Positions 51,822 through 62,600 of a stretch of DNA of 64,000 bases are shown in pieces. Within the stretch, counting starts at the first letter, position 1. Each line of letters starts with the position of its first letter. The DNA is from Dehalococcoidia bacterium (GTDB lineage Bacteria > Chloroflexota > Dehalococcoidia > Lucifugimonadales > CATOSD01), in NCBI GenBank assembly GCA_034422735.1, contig DAOUJL010000033.1:5012-69011 (forward strand), in the 5' to 3' direction. The position numbers and the translations under genes were made by a program. The notes under the pieces were generated by a model. That model made no database searches, was not told where the DNA came from, and was given only the letters and a program-made list of their open reading frames with translations.

Positions 51822-52463
51822 ATGCCCCCTCACTACCAGGACGACTCCATCATCATCCACAAGTACGAGTGCGGCGATTTCGGCAACAACGCCTATCTCG
51901 TCGTGTGCCCCAAGACCAACGAGAGCATCATCATCGACACGCCGGGCGATCCGGGCAAGGTGATCGAGGCGGCCAGGTCAACCAACGTGAAGGCCATAAT
52001 CATCACCCACAACCACTGGGACCACCTGGTGGGCTTCGACGAGGTGACCGGCGCGATAGACGCCCCCGTCGCAATCGGCGCGGACGACGCCGACGCCCTT
52101 CCCCGCCCGCCCGCGCGGCTGTTGCGCGACGGCGACGAGATCGTGGCCGGTACCGTGACCCTGCGGGCCATCGGCACACCCGGCCACACGCCCGGCTCCA
52201 CGTGCTACACCGTCGGCAGCGCGCTCTTCTCCGGCGACACGCTCTTCCCCGGCGGTCCCGGAAAGTCCGGGTCCCCCGAAAAGCTGCGGCAGATCATCGA
52301 GAGCATCACCACCAAGCTGTTTACGCTGGAGAGCGTCGTTAACGTCTATCCCGGTCACGGCGCCGACGGCGACCTCAAGAGCAGTAAGGAAGAGTACGCC
52401 GTCTTCGCGTCCAGGGAGCACCCGGCCGACCTGGCCGGAGACGTTTCTTGGCTCGGCAGCTAG
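51822..52463 (+). CDS. MBL-fold metallo-hydrolase (glyoxalase II-like)
   Basis: 213 aa. IITHNHWDH (HxHxDH), GTPGHTPGS, GDTLFPGGPG. Confidence 0.85.
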   Translation: MPPHYQDDSIIIHKYECGDFGNNAYLVVCPKTNESIIIDTPGDPGKVIEAARSTNVKAIIITHNHWDHLVGFDEVTGAIDAPVAIGADDADALPRPPARLLRDGDEIVAGTVTLRAIGTPGHTPGSTCYTVGSALFSGDTLFPGGPGKSGSPEKLRQIIESITTKLFTLESVVNVYPGHGADGDLKSSKEEYAVFASREHPADLAGDVSWLGS

Positions 52464-53155
52464 ACACGCCTGAACACACGGACGCCCGTCCTCCGTGGCG
52501 ACCGCGCGACGTCGCGCTCGCCACGGTCGGGACGTTAGTGGCGTTCGTCATCCTGATCGCCATAGCGGCGGGCCTCGCCTCCATCGGCGACGAACGGGGC
52601 GTCGGGTCGTTCCCGATCTGGGCGCTGGCCGCCTTCTACCTCGTGCTCGTGGCGATGGCCTGGTACTTCAGCGTGCGCAAGTACGGCGCCGCATGGCGCA
52701 CCCTCGGCTTTCGCGTCCCGGAAAACCTGTGGAGCTTCGCCCTCGCCTTGGTCGTGCTGCTCGCCAGCCTCTCTCTGTTCGCCGCGTACAAGCTCGCCAC
52801 CGACCATCTGCCCGTCAGTTGGCTCCGGCCGGACGTCGTGCCGCCCGAGGTGTTCGGCCACGGACTCGAGCGCGTCGGCAACGGACTCGCCATCGTGGCT
52901 GTCGCCCCCGTTGCCGAGGAGCTCTTCTTCCGCGGCTTCATGCTTGGCGGCCTCGTGGCGGCGGTCGGAGACCTGCGCGCAATGGTCGTGAGTTCGGTGC
53001 TCTTCGCCGCGATGCACGCCTCCATCGGCACGTTCATTCCGCTATTCGCGGCCGGAATGCTGCTGGCCTGGCTCTACCTGCGGACGCGCTCCATCTGGCC
53101 GCCCATAGCCGCGCACTCCACGCAGAACGCGCTGGCGATGCTGAACCCGGGCTGA
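52448..53155 (+). CDS. CPBP-family intramembrane glutamic endopeptidase (CAAX protease/Abi family)
   Basis: 235 aa, TTG start overlapping the previous gene. Multi-TM. Motifs PVAEELFFRGF, FAAMH, AHSTQNA. Confidence 0.82.
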   Translation: MARQLDTPEHTDARPPWRPRDVALATVGTLVAFVILIAIAAGLASIGDERGVGSFPIWALAAFYLVLVAMAWYFSVRKYGAAWRTLGFRVPENLWSFALALVVLLASLSLFAAYKLATDHLPVSWLRPDVVPPEVFGHGLERVGNGLAIVAVAPVAEELFFRGFMLGGLVAAVGDLRAMVVSSVLFAAMHASIGTFIPLFAAGMLLAWLYLRTRSIWPPIAAHSTQNALAMLNPG

Positions 53156-53186
53156 CCGATGCCACGCACAGCCTTGTGAGGACGCC

Positions 53187-53990
53187 ATGACCTCCGACAG
53201 AATAAACAGAATCGACCGCGTCATGCGGTCTCTCGCCGCCGAGGGCAGAAAGGCGATGGCGCCTTTCGTCACAATCGGCCACCCGGACATCGAGACCTCC
53301 GAGGCACTGGTCGAGGCCATTATCAGCGGCGGGGCCGACATGCTGGAGCTGGGCATCCCCTTCAGCGATCCCCTCGCCGACGGGCCTACGGTGCAAGCGA
53401 CCAGCTTCGCGGCGCTTCGCAACGGCGTGACGGTGGCGGTCGCGCTCGACAGCGTCCGCCGCCTCCGGGCCAGGGGAGTGGAAGCCCCGCTCGTATTCAT
53501 GGGCTACTACAACCCCTACCTGAGCTACGGGCTGGAGCGCTTTGTACAGGACTCGGCCTCCGCCGGCGTGGACGGCCTGATTGTGCCCGACCTGCCCGCG
53601 GAGGAGTCCGGCGACCTCGCCGCCCTCTGCGCCGAGCACGGCCTTCACCTCATCCCGCTCCTGGCGCCCACCAGCACCGACGAGCGCATCGCCAGCGCTT
53701 GCAAGGCCGCGGGAGGGTTTATATACTGCGTCAGCCTTACCGGTGTGACGGGGGCCCGCGGCGAGCTCTCCGCGACGGTCGAGTCCCTGGTCGAAAGGGT
53801 TCGACGGCACACCGACCTGCCCCTGCTGGTAGGATTCGGCATTTCGCGGCGCGAGCATGTTGAGGCCGTCGGGCGGTTCGCCGACGGCGTGATCCTGGCC
53901 AGCGCCATGCTGGACGCCATCGCCGCCGCCGCGCCGGAGCAACGCATTCAGGTGGCGCGGGATTTCATTCGCGGGCTGCTAACGGAGTGA
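53187..53990 (+). CDS. trpA: tryptophan synthase alpha chain
   Basis: 267 aa. ...ADMLELGIPFSDPLADGPTVQ..., GFIYCVSLTGVTG, VGFGIS. Confidence 0.93.
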   Translation: MTSDRINRIDRVMRSLAAEGRKAMAPFVTIGHPDIETSEALVEAIISGGADMLELGIPFSDPLADGPTVQATSFAALRNGVTVAVALDSVRRLRARGVEAPLVFMGYYNPYLSYGLERFVQDSASAGVDGLIVPDLPAEESGDLAALCAEHGLHLIPLLAPTSTDERIASACKAAGGFIYCVSLTGVTGARGELSATVESLVERVRRHTDLPLLVGFGISRREHVEAVGRFADGVILASAMLDAIAAAAPEQRIQVARDFIRGLLTE

Positions 53991-54000
53991 GCTACGCCAG

Positions 54001-54372
54001 ATGACCAAGCTGAGAGGAATTCGCGGAGCAACAACCGCGGACGCAAACACCAAGCCGGCCATATTGGCCGCCACGGGCGAACTGCTCGCCGAACTGGTAG
54101 CCCGCAACGGCTTCGACCTCGACGACGTGGCCGGCGCCTTCTTTACCACCACCCAGGACCTCAACGCTGAGTTTCCCGCCGTCGCCGCGCGCCAGTCGGG
54201 CTGGACGAGCGTGGCGCTCATGTGCGGCCATGAAATGAACGTCCCGGATGCGCAGCCAATGTGCATACGGGTCATGGTGCTCATCAATACCGACAAGACA
54301 CCCGACCAGCTCGACAACGTGTACCTCAAGGACGCCGTGCATCTCAGGGACAGGGGCGTGGACGGGAAGTAG
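54001..54372 (+). CDS. aroH: chorismate mutase, AroH class
   Basis: 123 aa. LRGIRGATT... and ...FFTTTQDLNAEFPA... are hallmarks of AroH-type CM. Confidence 0.88.
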   Translation: MTKLRGIRGATTADANTKPAILAATGELLAELVARNGFDLDDVAGAFFTTTQDLNAEFPAVAARQSGWTSVALMCGHEMNVPDAQPMCIRVMVLINTDKTPDQLDNVYLKDAVHLRDRGVDGK

Positions 54373-54428
54373 ATGGCGGTCTCAGCGGCGGCCCGAGCGG
54401 GCGCGGCGACCGGCGAGGCCCGAACGAG

Positions 54429-55367
54429 ATGAAGATAGACGACGAACTGGCCGCCCTCCGCGTCGAGCGCGACTCGATGCTCACTATCGGCGTCTTCGAC
54501 GGGGTGCATCGCGGCCACCGCCGCCTGCTGGCCAAGCTCGTCGACCAGGCTCGCCGCGCCGGCCGGGCCGCCGGGGTAGTGACGTTTCGCAACCACCCAG
54601 CATCCGTGCTGCGAGCCGATTTTCAGCCCAACTACCTGACCACCCTCGAGGACCGCCTGCACCTGCTGCGCGCGACCGGCGTCGATTTCGTGGCCCCCAT
54701 CACGTTCGACGCGGAGCTTTCCAGGCTCGACGCCAGGGCCTTCGCCGCGCGGCTGGTGTCCGCCCTGCGCATGAGGGGGCTGGTCGTGGGAGCCGACTTC
54801 GCGATGGGCCACGGGCGCGGCGGCGACCCTGAAGCGCTCGCCCAACTCGGCGAAGAGATGGGCTTTACCGTGCAGGCCGTGGACCTGCTCGCCGACGGAA
54901 CCCGGGCCGTGAAGAGCACCTCGATCCGCCGGGCACTGGCGGACGGCGACGTCGAGACGGTCGCCAAGATGCTGGGCCGCAGTTTCAGCTCCCAGGGCGT
55001 GGTCGCGGAAGGCGATAAGAGAGGGCGCGAGCTGGGCTTTCCTACCGCCAATGTCGAGACTCCGGCCGGTCTCGCCGTGCCCGCCAACGGCATCTACGCC
55101 GCGTGGGCACACTTCGACGACGAACGCCGCATGGCCGCGGTCAGCATAGGGGTCAGGCCCACGTTCGGCGAGAATCCGAGAGCGATCGAGGCCTATCTGC
55201 TAGAATACCAGGGAGACCTTTACGGCAAGACCATGCGCCTCGAGTTCGTTGCCCACCTGCGCGAGGAGCTCAAGTTCGACACGGTTGAAGCGCTGATAAC
55301 CCGGATGCGCGAAGACGTCCGCAAGACGAAAGAGATACTGCTGCACTCAGCGGAGGTAACCAATTGA
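54429..55367 (+). CDS. ribF: bifunctional riboflavin kinase / FMN adenylyltransferase
   Basis: 312 aa from ATG 54429. TIGVFDGVHRGHRRLL, ...GFPTANV..., GVYAAW-like and ...RPTFGEN..., LEFVAHLREELKF. Confidence 0.9.
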   Translation: MKIDDELAALRVERDSMLTIGVFDGVHRGHRRLLAKLVDQARRAGRAAGVVTFRNHPASVLRADFQPNYLTTLEDRLHLLRATGVDFVAPITFDAELSRLDARAFAARLVSALRMRGLVVGADFAMGHGRGGDPEALAQLGEEMGFTVQAVDLLADGTRAVKSTSIRRALADGDVETVAKMLGRSFSSQGVVAEGDKRGRELGFPTANVETPAGLAVPANGIYAAWAHFDDERRMAAVSIGVRPTFGENPRAIEAYLLEYQGDLYGKTMRLEFVAHLREELKFDTVEALITRMREDVRKTKEILLHSAEVTN

Positions 55368-56464
55368 ACCTGCGAACACCCGGCCCGATTCCCGTGCCCG
55401 ACGACATCCTGGGAGCGATGGGCGAGCCGATGATCAACCATCGCGGACCGGAGTTCGCCGAGATGCTCCACCGCGCAACCGACCGGCTGAAGCAGGTTTT
55501 CGAGACCGCCAACGACACCTTCATCCTCACCTCCTCAGGCAGCGGCGCTATGGAGGCCGCAATTGCCAACACCCTCTCCCCGGGTGACAAGGTTTTGTCG
55601 GCCTCCGTGGGCGTGTTCGGCGACCGATTCGCCGATATAGCCGAGATTTACGGCGCCGAGGTCACCCGCCTCGAGTTTCCGTGGGGCGAGCCTATCGACC
55701 CCGACGCCCTGCGCGCGTCCCTCGACGAGGACCCCGATTACAAGGCCGTCCTCGTCACCCACAACGAGACCTCCACCGCCGTCGCCAACGACCTCCAGGC
55801 CGTGGCGTCGGTCGTCAAGGGCGAGTTCGACAAGCTGCTGCTCGTGGACGGCATAAGCAGCGCCTGCTCGCTGCCGCTCTCCACCGACGCCTGGGGCTGC
55901 GACGTGGTGGCCTCAGCGTCCCAGAAGGGCTGGATGCTCCCGCCCGGCCTCGCCTTCATCACCTTCAGCGAGAGCGCATGGCAGGCTTACGAAAAGTCAA
56001 CCATGCCCAAGTTCTACTTCGATCTGGCCCAGTACAGGCGGTACCTGGAAATCGGCCAGCCGCCCTACACGCCCGCCGTCTCGCTCATGTTCGCCCTGGA
56101 CCTGGCCCTCGGACGCCTGCTGGACGAGGGCATGGGCGCCGTTTTCGAGCGCCACGCCACCATAGGCCGGCTGACCCGTGCGGGCGTGAAGCGGCTGGGA
56201 CTGGACCTGTTCGCAAACGAGAACGCCGCGTCCGATACCGTGACCGCCGTGCGCGTTCCGGAGGGCGTGGACGCCGGCAAGCTCGTCAAGCTGGCCCAGA
56301 GCGACCATGACGTGGTGCTGGCGGGCGGACAGGAGCGGCTGAGCGGCAAGATCATACGCATCGGGCACATGGGCTACTGCACTCCCGAGGAAATCGAAGA
56401 GGCCCTGCACGCCATAGAGTCCGCTCTGCCAAACGCGAGGATAGAGCCCGCCGCGGCCCGCTGA
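55364..56464 (+). CDS. class V aminotransferase (alanine/serine-glyoxylate aminotransferase family)
   Basis: 366 aa. The TTG start overlaps the ribF stop. ...LRTPGPIPVP..., PLP-lysine context SASQKGWMLPPGLAF. Confidence 0.82.
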   Translation: MNLRTPGPIPVPDDILGAMGEPMINHRGPEFAEMLHRATDRLKQVFETANDTFILTSSGSGAMEAAIANTLSPGDKVLSASVGVFGDRFADIAEIYGAEVTRLEFPWGEPIDPDALRASLDEDPDYKAVLVTHNETSTAVANDLQAVASVVKGEFDKLLLVDGISSACSLPLSTDAWGCDVVASASQKGWMLPPGLAFITFSESAWQAYEKSTMPKFYFDLAQYRRYLEIGQPPYTPAVSLMFALDLALGRLLDEGMGAVFERHATIGRLTRAGVKRLGLDLFANENAASDTVTAVRVPEGVDAGKLVKLAQSDHDVVLAGGQERLSGKIIRIGHMGYCTPEEIEEALHAIESALPNARIEPAAAR

Positions 56465-56488
56465 GCCGCCGCATCCCCGGTTTCGCCC

Positions 56489-56941
56489 ATGACCATGCCA
56501 GAGATGATGAAGGCCATGTCCAAGCTGCGAATGGCCCTCGCGTCCATCAGGGATAAGGAGCGGGAGTTGGACGGGCTGCGCCGCCAGTTCGAGCGCCAGC
56601 TCGCGCGGACACGGACCCACGCCATCTATGGTGCGAGCTCACTCGACGCCGCCCTCGGCATCATGGACGAAGTGCAGGAGCGGCTGGACGACGTCGAAAC
56701 CCGACGCCAGCACCTGGACTCGATCAAGAAGCGCGCGCAGGAGGAACTGGCCGCTCTCGAACTGACGAACAAGATCGAGAGGGCTAAGGCCGAACTGCGC
56801 GACCTCAGGCGTCGCGGCGAGGCGCCCGAAGACCGCCAGCGCATGGATGAGCTTGAGCAGTTCATCGAGTCCGCGAGCCTGCGCGCCGCCGAGGCCATCA
56901 CCGGAAGGCACGACTTCGAGGACGGCGTCAGCCTCCTTTAG
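56489..56941 (+). CDS. hypothetical coiled-coil protein (150 aa)
   Basis: Heptad-rich, charged sequence (…ERELDGLRRQFERQLARTR…EELAALELTNKIERAKAELRDLRRRG…). No enzymatic motif. Confidence 0.55.
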   Translation: MTMPEMMKAMSKLRMALASIRDKERELDGLRRQFERQLARTRTHAIYGASSLDAALGIMDEVQERLDDVETRRQHLDSIKKRAQEELAALELTNKIERAKAELRDLRRRGEAPEDRQRMDELEQFIESASLRAAEAITGRHDFEDGVSLL

Positions 56942-57177
56942 GCGCATGTAGGCGCGGGCGTCGCCTCTCGCCGCCCCCACCTCGCCAAAGCACGGACGGC
57001 GCACCCTTCGAAGGGACACACGCCATGGAACCCATCTTCCTGATCTGCATCGGAGCCGCCCTGTTCGCGCACGCATGGTACGCCAAGGGAATGTACGACG
57101 ACGGGCGCGCCACCGGCATAGTGATGGGTGCGCTGGGCGCGGGCGCTCTCATCGCCCGGAGCCTTCCGAATTGCCCC

Positions 57178-57930
57178 CTACCAGCCCCGGCAGGCGCGGC
57201 CCCACCGCTGCTCGTGGTCGGCAACCAGCCGCCGAAACTCCTCCTCGTACGAGGGCGCTCGTATCGAGCCGGTCGTCATGATCAGCGCGTCCTCACGGTT
57301 GTCGGCGTAGTACCCTTTGCGCAACCCTCTTTGCGTGAATCCGTACTTGGAGTACAGGTTCTGGGCCACGTGATTGGACACCCGCACCTCAAGCGTCAAC
57401 CGGTCCGCCTTGTGCTCCAGGGCCTGCTCTATCGCCGCGATCAGCAGCAGCTCTCCCACTCCCATTCCGCGGTACACGGTGCGCACGCCCACCGAAACGA
57501 TGTGCGCCTCGTCCAGCACCTGCCAGGTGCCCAGAAATCCCGTCAAGTACTGCTGTCCCGGCTCCCACGCGGTGGTGCGCCACGGCAAAAGCCCCCTGGC
57601 GTTTCGGATGAACCGCCGCACGCCGCCCTGCCCGACGTCAACCTCCTCTTCAGCTTCGACGTAGGGATTGGGGGCCTCCTCGCTCTCCACCTCCTCCCTG
57701 CGCCAGGCCACGAGGTAGCGCGCCACCCTGTTGCCCAGTTCACGAGTGAAGGACGTGGGAGGAAACGTCTCCGGAAACGCCTCGCGCTCGATCTCGGCCG
57801 CCTGCGCCACGTCCTCGACGCCAAGCGGGCGCACCGCGAACGGCATCTGCCGCACGGCGCCGGCGTCCGACCGCTGCCGCGTGTCCTTCATGGAGTACAC
57901 GGACCCACCCGGCGGACCTGCCCTGAGCAT
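57178..57930 (-). CDS. rimI: ribosomal-protein-alanine N-acetyltransferase (GNAT)
   Basis: ...VRPLGVEDVAQAAEIEREAF..., VGVRTVYRGMGVGELLL, LEVRVSNHVAQNLYSKYGF. The true start may be the internal ATG at 57891 or 57846. None has a clear RBS. Confidence 0.8.
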   Translation of the reverse strand: MLRAGPPGGSVYSMKDTRQRSDAGAVRQMPFAVRPLGVEDVAQAAEIEREAFPETFPPTSFTRELGNRVARYLVAWRREEVESEEAPNPYVEAEEEVDVGQGGVRRFIRNARGLLPWRTTAWEPGQQYLTGFLGTWQVLDEAHIVSVGVRTVYRGMGVGELLLIAAIEQALEHKADRLTLEVRVSNHVAQNLYSKYGFTQRGLRKGYYADNREDALIMTTGSIRAPSYEEEFRRLVADHEQRWGRACRGW

Positions 57931-57946
57931 GCCGAACGGGTTGGCA

Positions 57947-58516
57947 TCAGAACGGAATCCCCCACAACGAGTACCAGGACTCCAGGCTCTTCTCCACCGG
58001 CAGCTTCTCCTGCTCCATCACCGCTCCCAGCCGCATCTCGGCCGCATTGTCGCGGTTCTCCGGCCCCGAAAGCACCAGCGGATAGAAGTAGCCCCTCTTG
58101 ACGTTGTAAACCCAGTAAGCCTTCTTGCCGTCGTACTCCAGCCCGAACACGGCTGCCAGAATGCGGTCGCCGAACCCCTGCTCGGTTATCGTCTCTCCCA
58201 CCAGATGCAGGGTTGTCGCCAGGTCATCGAAGTCCTCGTCCTGCAGCGTCACCCACTTGGTGCCGTAGGTATCGTCCACCACGTCGAACGCGGTGCCGGT
58301 CGCCCTTCCGCTCACCTCGAGAATGTCGCGGATCTCCTGCTCCAGGTTCTCGAAGAAGCTGGATTCCACCGGATTGAACACCAAGCCCGCCCTGTCCGTC
58401 AGTTTCAGGTCGCTCCGCCCCTCCAGCGACGCCCCCGCCGTCACCACCGCGAAGTACTGCTCCCGCCTCGGTTTGCGTAGCCTGTTGCGTCCCAGCAGCG
58501 AATCAAGAAATCCCAT
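57947..58516 (-). CDS. conserved hypothetical protein, resembles the PspA-associated 'PspAB' family
   Basis: 189 aa. N-terminus MGFLDSLLGRNRLRKP... and C-terminus ...SLESWYSLWGIPF match my recollection of actinobacterial PspAB proteins. Immediately downstream of htpX. Family assignment is unverified. Confidence 0.45.
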   Translation of the reverse strand: MGFLDSLLGRNRLRKPRREQYFAVVTAGASLEGRSDLKLTDRAGLVFNPVESSFFENLEQEIRDILEVSGRATGTAFDVVDDTYGTKWVTLQDEDFDDLATTLHLVGETITEQGFGDRILAAVFGLEYDGKKAYWVYNVKRGYFYPLVLSGPENRDNAAEMRLGAVMEQEKLPVEKSLESWYSLWGIPF

Positions 58517-58519
58517 ACT

Positions 58520-59452
58520 CTAGCCTCGCAGCCCCCGCTCCATGTCCCGCTGCATCTCCCTCAGCTTTTCGATGCGCGCCTCCACCGGCGGATGGCTCGC
58601 GAAGAGCGAGGCTCCCCCACTCTGCTTCAGCTTGGGAATGATGAAGAAGGCGTTTGCGTGCTCCACCTGCCGCAGGTCTTTCTCCGGAATGCGGTACATG
58701 TCGTCGCTTATCTTCGCCAGCGCCGACGCGAGTTGGAGCGGCGCACCCGTGATCACCGCGCCGCCCCGGTCCGCCGCGAACTCCCTGTACCTCGACAGCG
58801 CCATGATGAGAAGCTGGCTCAGGAAGTATACGAGTATCGTGCCGATGTACACCGCCAGCATCACGAGCATGAACTGCCCCGCGTCGCGGTTGTCGCTGTC
58901 GCGTCCGCCGAACCCTCCGAACAGGCTGACCCAGAACAGCATCTGCATCAGGAATCCCGCCGCGATTACGATTATGCTCGCCCAGGTCAGCACGGCCACG
59001 TCGCGGTTCTTCACGTGCGCCATCTCGTGCGCCAGCACCGCCTCCAGCTCCCGGTCCGTTAGCCGGCGCATCAGCCCGGTCGTCACCGCCACGACGGCGT
59101 TGCTGGGATTGCGCCCGGTCGCGAACGCGTTTGGCACCGGCGTGTCCATCACCGCGATGTGCTTGGGCTTGGGCATGTCCGCCATGGCCGCCAGCCGCTC
59201 CACCATCGCGTGAAGGCGCGGTTCCTCGTCCGGCTCCACTATCTTGGCGCCGGTGGCCATCAGCACCAGCTTGTCCGAGGAATAGTACTGGAACACTGCC
59301 ATGCCGACCGATATCGCCAGCACGAAGAACCAGGGCACCCCCGCGAAGAGCAGCAACCCCATGAATGCAATGTAAAGGCAACCGAGCAGAAATACAGTGA
59401 ACATCATGCGGAAGGTCAGCTCGGTGTCCCTCCCGTAACCGTGTTGCCTCAT
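58520..59452 (-). CDS. htpX: zinc metalloprotease HtpX (M48 family)
   Basis: 310 aa, 4 TM. HEMAHVKNRD zinc site, ...EFAADRGGA... Confidence 0.92.
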   Translation of the reverse strand: MRQHGYGRDTELTFRMMFTVFLLGCLYIAFMGLLLFAGVPWFFVLAISVGMAVFQYYSSDKLVLMATGAKIVEPDEEPRLHAMVERLAAMADMPKPKHIAVMDTPVPNAFATGRNPSNAVVAVTTGLMRRLTDRELEAVLAHEMAHVKNRDVAVLTWASIIVIAAGFLMQMLFWVSLFGGFGGRDSDNRDAGQFMLVMLAVYIGTILVYFLSQLLIMALSRYREFAADRGGAVITGAPLQLASALAKISDDMYRIPEKDLRQVEHANAFFIIPKLKQSGGASLFASHPPVEARIEKLREMQRDMERGLRG

Positions 59453-59514
59453 CCGGAACCCCCGCTCAAGTAGACTCTTTCATATCCGTCATTGAAGTCA
59501 TTTCTCCGTCGCGC

Positions 59515-59530
59515 ATTATATGAAATTATA
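59515..59530 (-). promoter_or_regulatory. two tandem TATAAT boxes upstream of htpX
   Basis: Minus strand GTGTATAATTTCATATAATGCG: TATAAT at 59530..59525 and at 59520..59515, in an AT-rich spacer 63-78 nt before ATG 59452. No good -35. Confidence 0.35.
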
Positions 59531-59638
59531 CACCAGCGCTCAGTCTGAGGCGGAAACGCCCCAGCGGTATCCCGTCCGCCGCTTCTCTGGTACCATGTTC
59601 GCTCACGTTTCGGCACCCGCCGCGGCTTCCCGCCCGCG

Positions 59639-62600
59639 TTGCAGGAGGACCCCAGCTTGCAGTCCCTCTTCGGCATCGACACCGACGTCCTGATGGTCGT
59701 TGTGCTCGGCGCGCTCGTCGGCATATTGGCGGCGCTCGGCTTTACGGCGCTGCTCAACCGCGTCATGCTCAAGATAGGCGTCCGTAACCTCCCCAGGCGC
59801 CCCGCCCAGACCGCCCTCATCGTCGTCGGCCTCATGCTCAGCACGCTCATCATCTCCGCCGCGCTCGGCACCGGCGACACCATCTACCACAGCATTCGCT
59901 ACAGCGTCGTGGAAGGGCTGGGCGAGATTGACGAGGTGCTCGCTCCCGGCGATACCGAACGCGCCGACCTGCGCGGCGACCCCTACTTCCCAATCGAGCG
60001 TTTCGACGCGCTCGCCTCCGAGCTTGAGGGAGACGCCGACGTCGATGGCCTTGCTCCCTCGATCTCCGAAGAAGTGCCTGCGGTTAACCCCGCGAGTCGC
60101 CTCAGCGAAGGGAGTATGCGCGTCTTCGCCATCGACCCCGCAAGGCTGGGCGTGTTCGGCCCCGTCCTCGACGCCAACGGCGACGAAGCGCGGCTGGAAG
60201 ACCTGGGGGAGGGCGAGACCTACATCAACGAAGAGGCCGCCGACGAGCTGGACGCCTCGGACGGCGACACCATAGTCCTCTACACTCAAGATGGCGAGAT
60301 CCCGCTGCGCGTGCACCGCGTGGTCCGAGACGGCGGCCTGGCCGGCCAGGAGCCGACCGCGCTCCTAACGCTGGACGCGGCCCAGCGCATGTTCGGCAAG
60401 CCGGGCCAGATCAACTCCGTTCTGGTGTCCAACCGCGGCGACGGCGAGAAGGGCGCGGAGCTGAGCGACGAGGTTACCGAGCGTCTGCGCGGCCTGCTGA
60501 CCGATCGCGCGGCTGCCGAGAGCATCGTCGCCCTCCTGTCCGACCCGGCTGTGCTGGACTCGCTGGACGATGCGGCCGCCGACCTGGAGCCGGAGTCGCA
60601 CCGGGAGGACGTGTTGCGAGCCGCCTCACTGCTCCGCGCGGGCGAGGCCACTCCGGAGCTCGTCAGCCTCCTTGCCGAGCAGAGCGTTGCGGCGCAAATG
60701 ATGCTGGCCGTCGAGCGCGCGAAGGGCCGGGAGGCCGCGTTCCAGGCGTTCGGCCTCTTCTCTCAGCTCAACTCGCTCACCGTTCGCCCCATCAAGAAGC
60801 AGTTTCTGGAGTTGGCCGACCAGGTATCCAACGCCATCACCTCCATATTCGTCATACTCGGCACCTTTTCCGTCATCGCCGGCGTAATGCTCATATTCCT
60901 CATATTCGTCATGCTGGCCGCCGAGAGAAAGCCGGAGATGGGGATTGCCCGCGCAGTCGGCATGAAACGCCGCCACCTGGTGCAATCGTTCGTGTACGAG
61001 GGCATGGCCTACGACCTGGCCTCCGCGCTGGTGGGCGCGCTGCTCGGCATAGGCGTCGGGATGCTGATGGTCGCGGGTATGGCGGCCATCTTCGCCGACG
61101 ACAGTCAAGGCTTCGAGCTCGCGCCCAGCTACACCCTGCGCAGCTTCATCATCGCCTACAGCCTCGGCGTGGTCCTCACGTTCGCCACCGTGCTGGTATC
61201 GTCGTACCGCGCCAGCCGGCTGAACATCGTGGCGGCCATTCGCGACCTGCCGGACACGCTCCAATCGACGCAGAGCGAGTCGCGTCTACGCATGATGCTG
61301 CGCTCGGTGGGGCGGCCCGTGTTCTTCATCGTGGCCGCCTACCGCGACCTGCGTTCCGGCAACCTATGGGCCGCGTTGGGGCGGTTCGCGCTCGCCGTGC
61401 TGTGGGTGATCGTGTTCCCCATCTGGATTGCGGACGTGGTCTGGTCCGTCGCCAGGATATGCGCCGCCGCGCTTACCCACGGCTGGCTTACGTTCGTCGT
61501 GGGCGCGCTACTGGTAGCCCTGGGGCTCTGGAGCGAGCAGGCCGCGCCTTTCACCATCGGCGTGACGACCTCTCTCATCGGCATCGGTCTGATGCTGCGC
61601 GGTCTGTACACGCGGCGGAACTGGAGCGCGCGGGCGCAGAACGACCTTACCGCGGCGGCGATTGCCGCCGTGTGCCTGTTCTGGCTGGTGGTGGGCGTAA
61701 CCCAGTCCCAGACTTACACCGTGGTGCTGAGCCTAGTGGTCGCCGGATTCGAGGCGATTCGCCAGTTGTCCCTCAGAAAGCAGGCCGTCAACATAGAGCT
61801 GGAAGACAAGCACGCCTTCACCTTCGTCGGGCTGTCGATTATCCTCTTCTGGATAACGCCTTTCGATGCTCTCGAGTTCGTGTTGCCGGAGCTTAGCTCC
61901 AACATCGAGATGTTCCTCATCTCGGGCGTGTGCATGGTCGCGGCCGCCGTGTGGGTAGTCATTTACAACGCCGACCTCATCACCGGTCTGCTCGCCTGGG
62001 CGCTGGGCCTGTTCCCGCGCCTGCGTCCCGCAATCAACACAGCCATCGCCTACGCGCTCTATTCCAAGATACGCACCGGCCTCACGCTGGCCATGCTGTC
62101 GCTGGTCATATTCACGCTCATTGTCATGTCCGCGCTCACACAGTCCTTCGGCCAGGCGCTGGAAGACGTGGACTCGGTAACCGGCGGCTGGGACGTGTCG
62201 GCGTCTTCCAACTACAGCACGCCAGTGGACGACTTCCGTGGCGAACTTGCCGCGGCGCTCGGCGACCGCGCGGGCGACGTAACCGCTGTGGGCGCCTACA
62301 GCACGCTGCCGGTCGAGGCGCGTCAGCCGGGCGCTGAATCCCAGGAGTGGAAGACATACCGCGTGCAGGGAGCCGACGCCGCGTACCTGGAGCAGAGCCA
62401 GTACAACATCCAGCTGATGAGCCGCGAGCACGGCGAGACGAACGAGGACATCTGGGCCGCGCTGCGCGCCGACCCCAGCCTCGCGATAGTTGACCAGTTC
62501 GCGGTGCCCTCTCGCGGTGGAAATTTCGGCCAGGTAGGCGGTCCGGAGTTCAAGATGGAAGGCTTCTACCTCGGCGATGACGAGATGCCGGCGACCCGGA

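Noticed and set aside
57025-58101. 358-aa plus ORF whose first 45 residues look like two TM helices (MEPIFLICIGAALFAHAWYAKGMYDDGRATGIVMGALGAGALIA)
   Set aside because: After about residue 50 it runs antisense through rimI and the PspAB-like gene as Pro/Arg/Ala-rich sequence. A short membrane peptide or gene remnant in the 236-nt gap 56942..57177 cannot be excluded. There is no in-frame stop to define it and no RBS.
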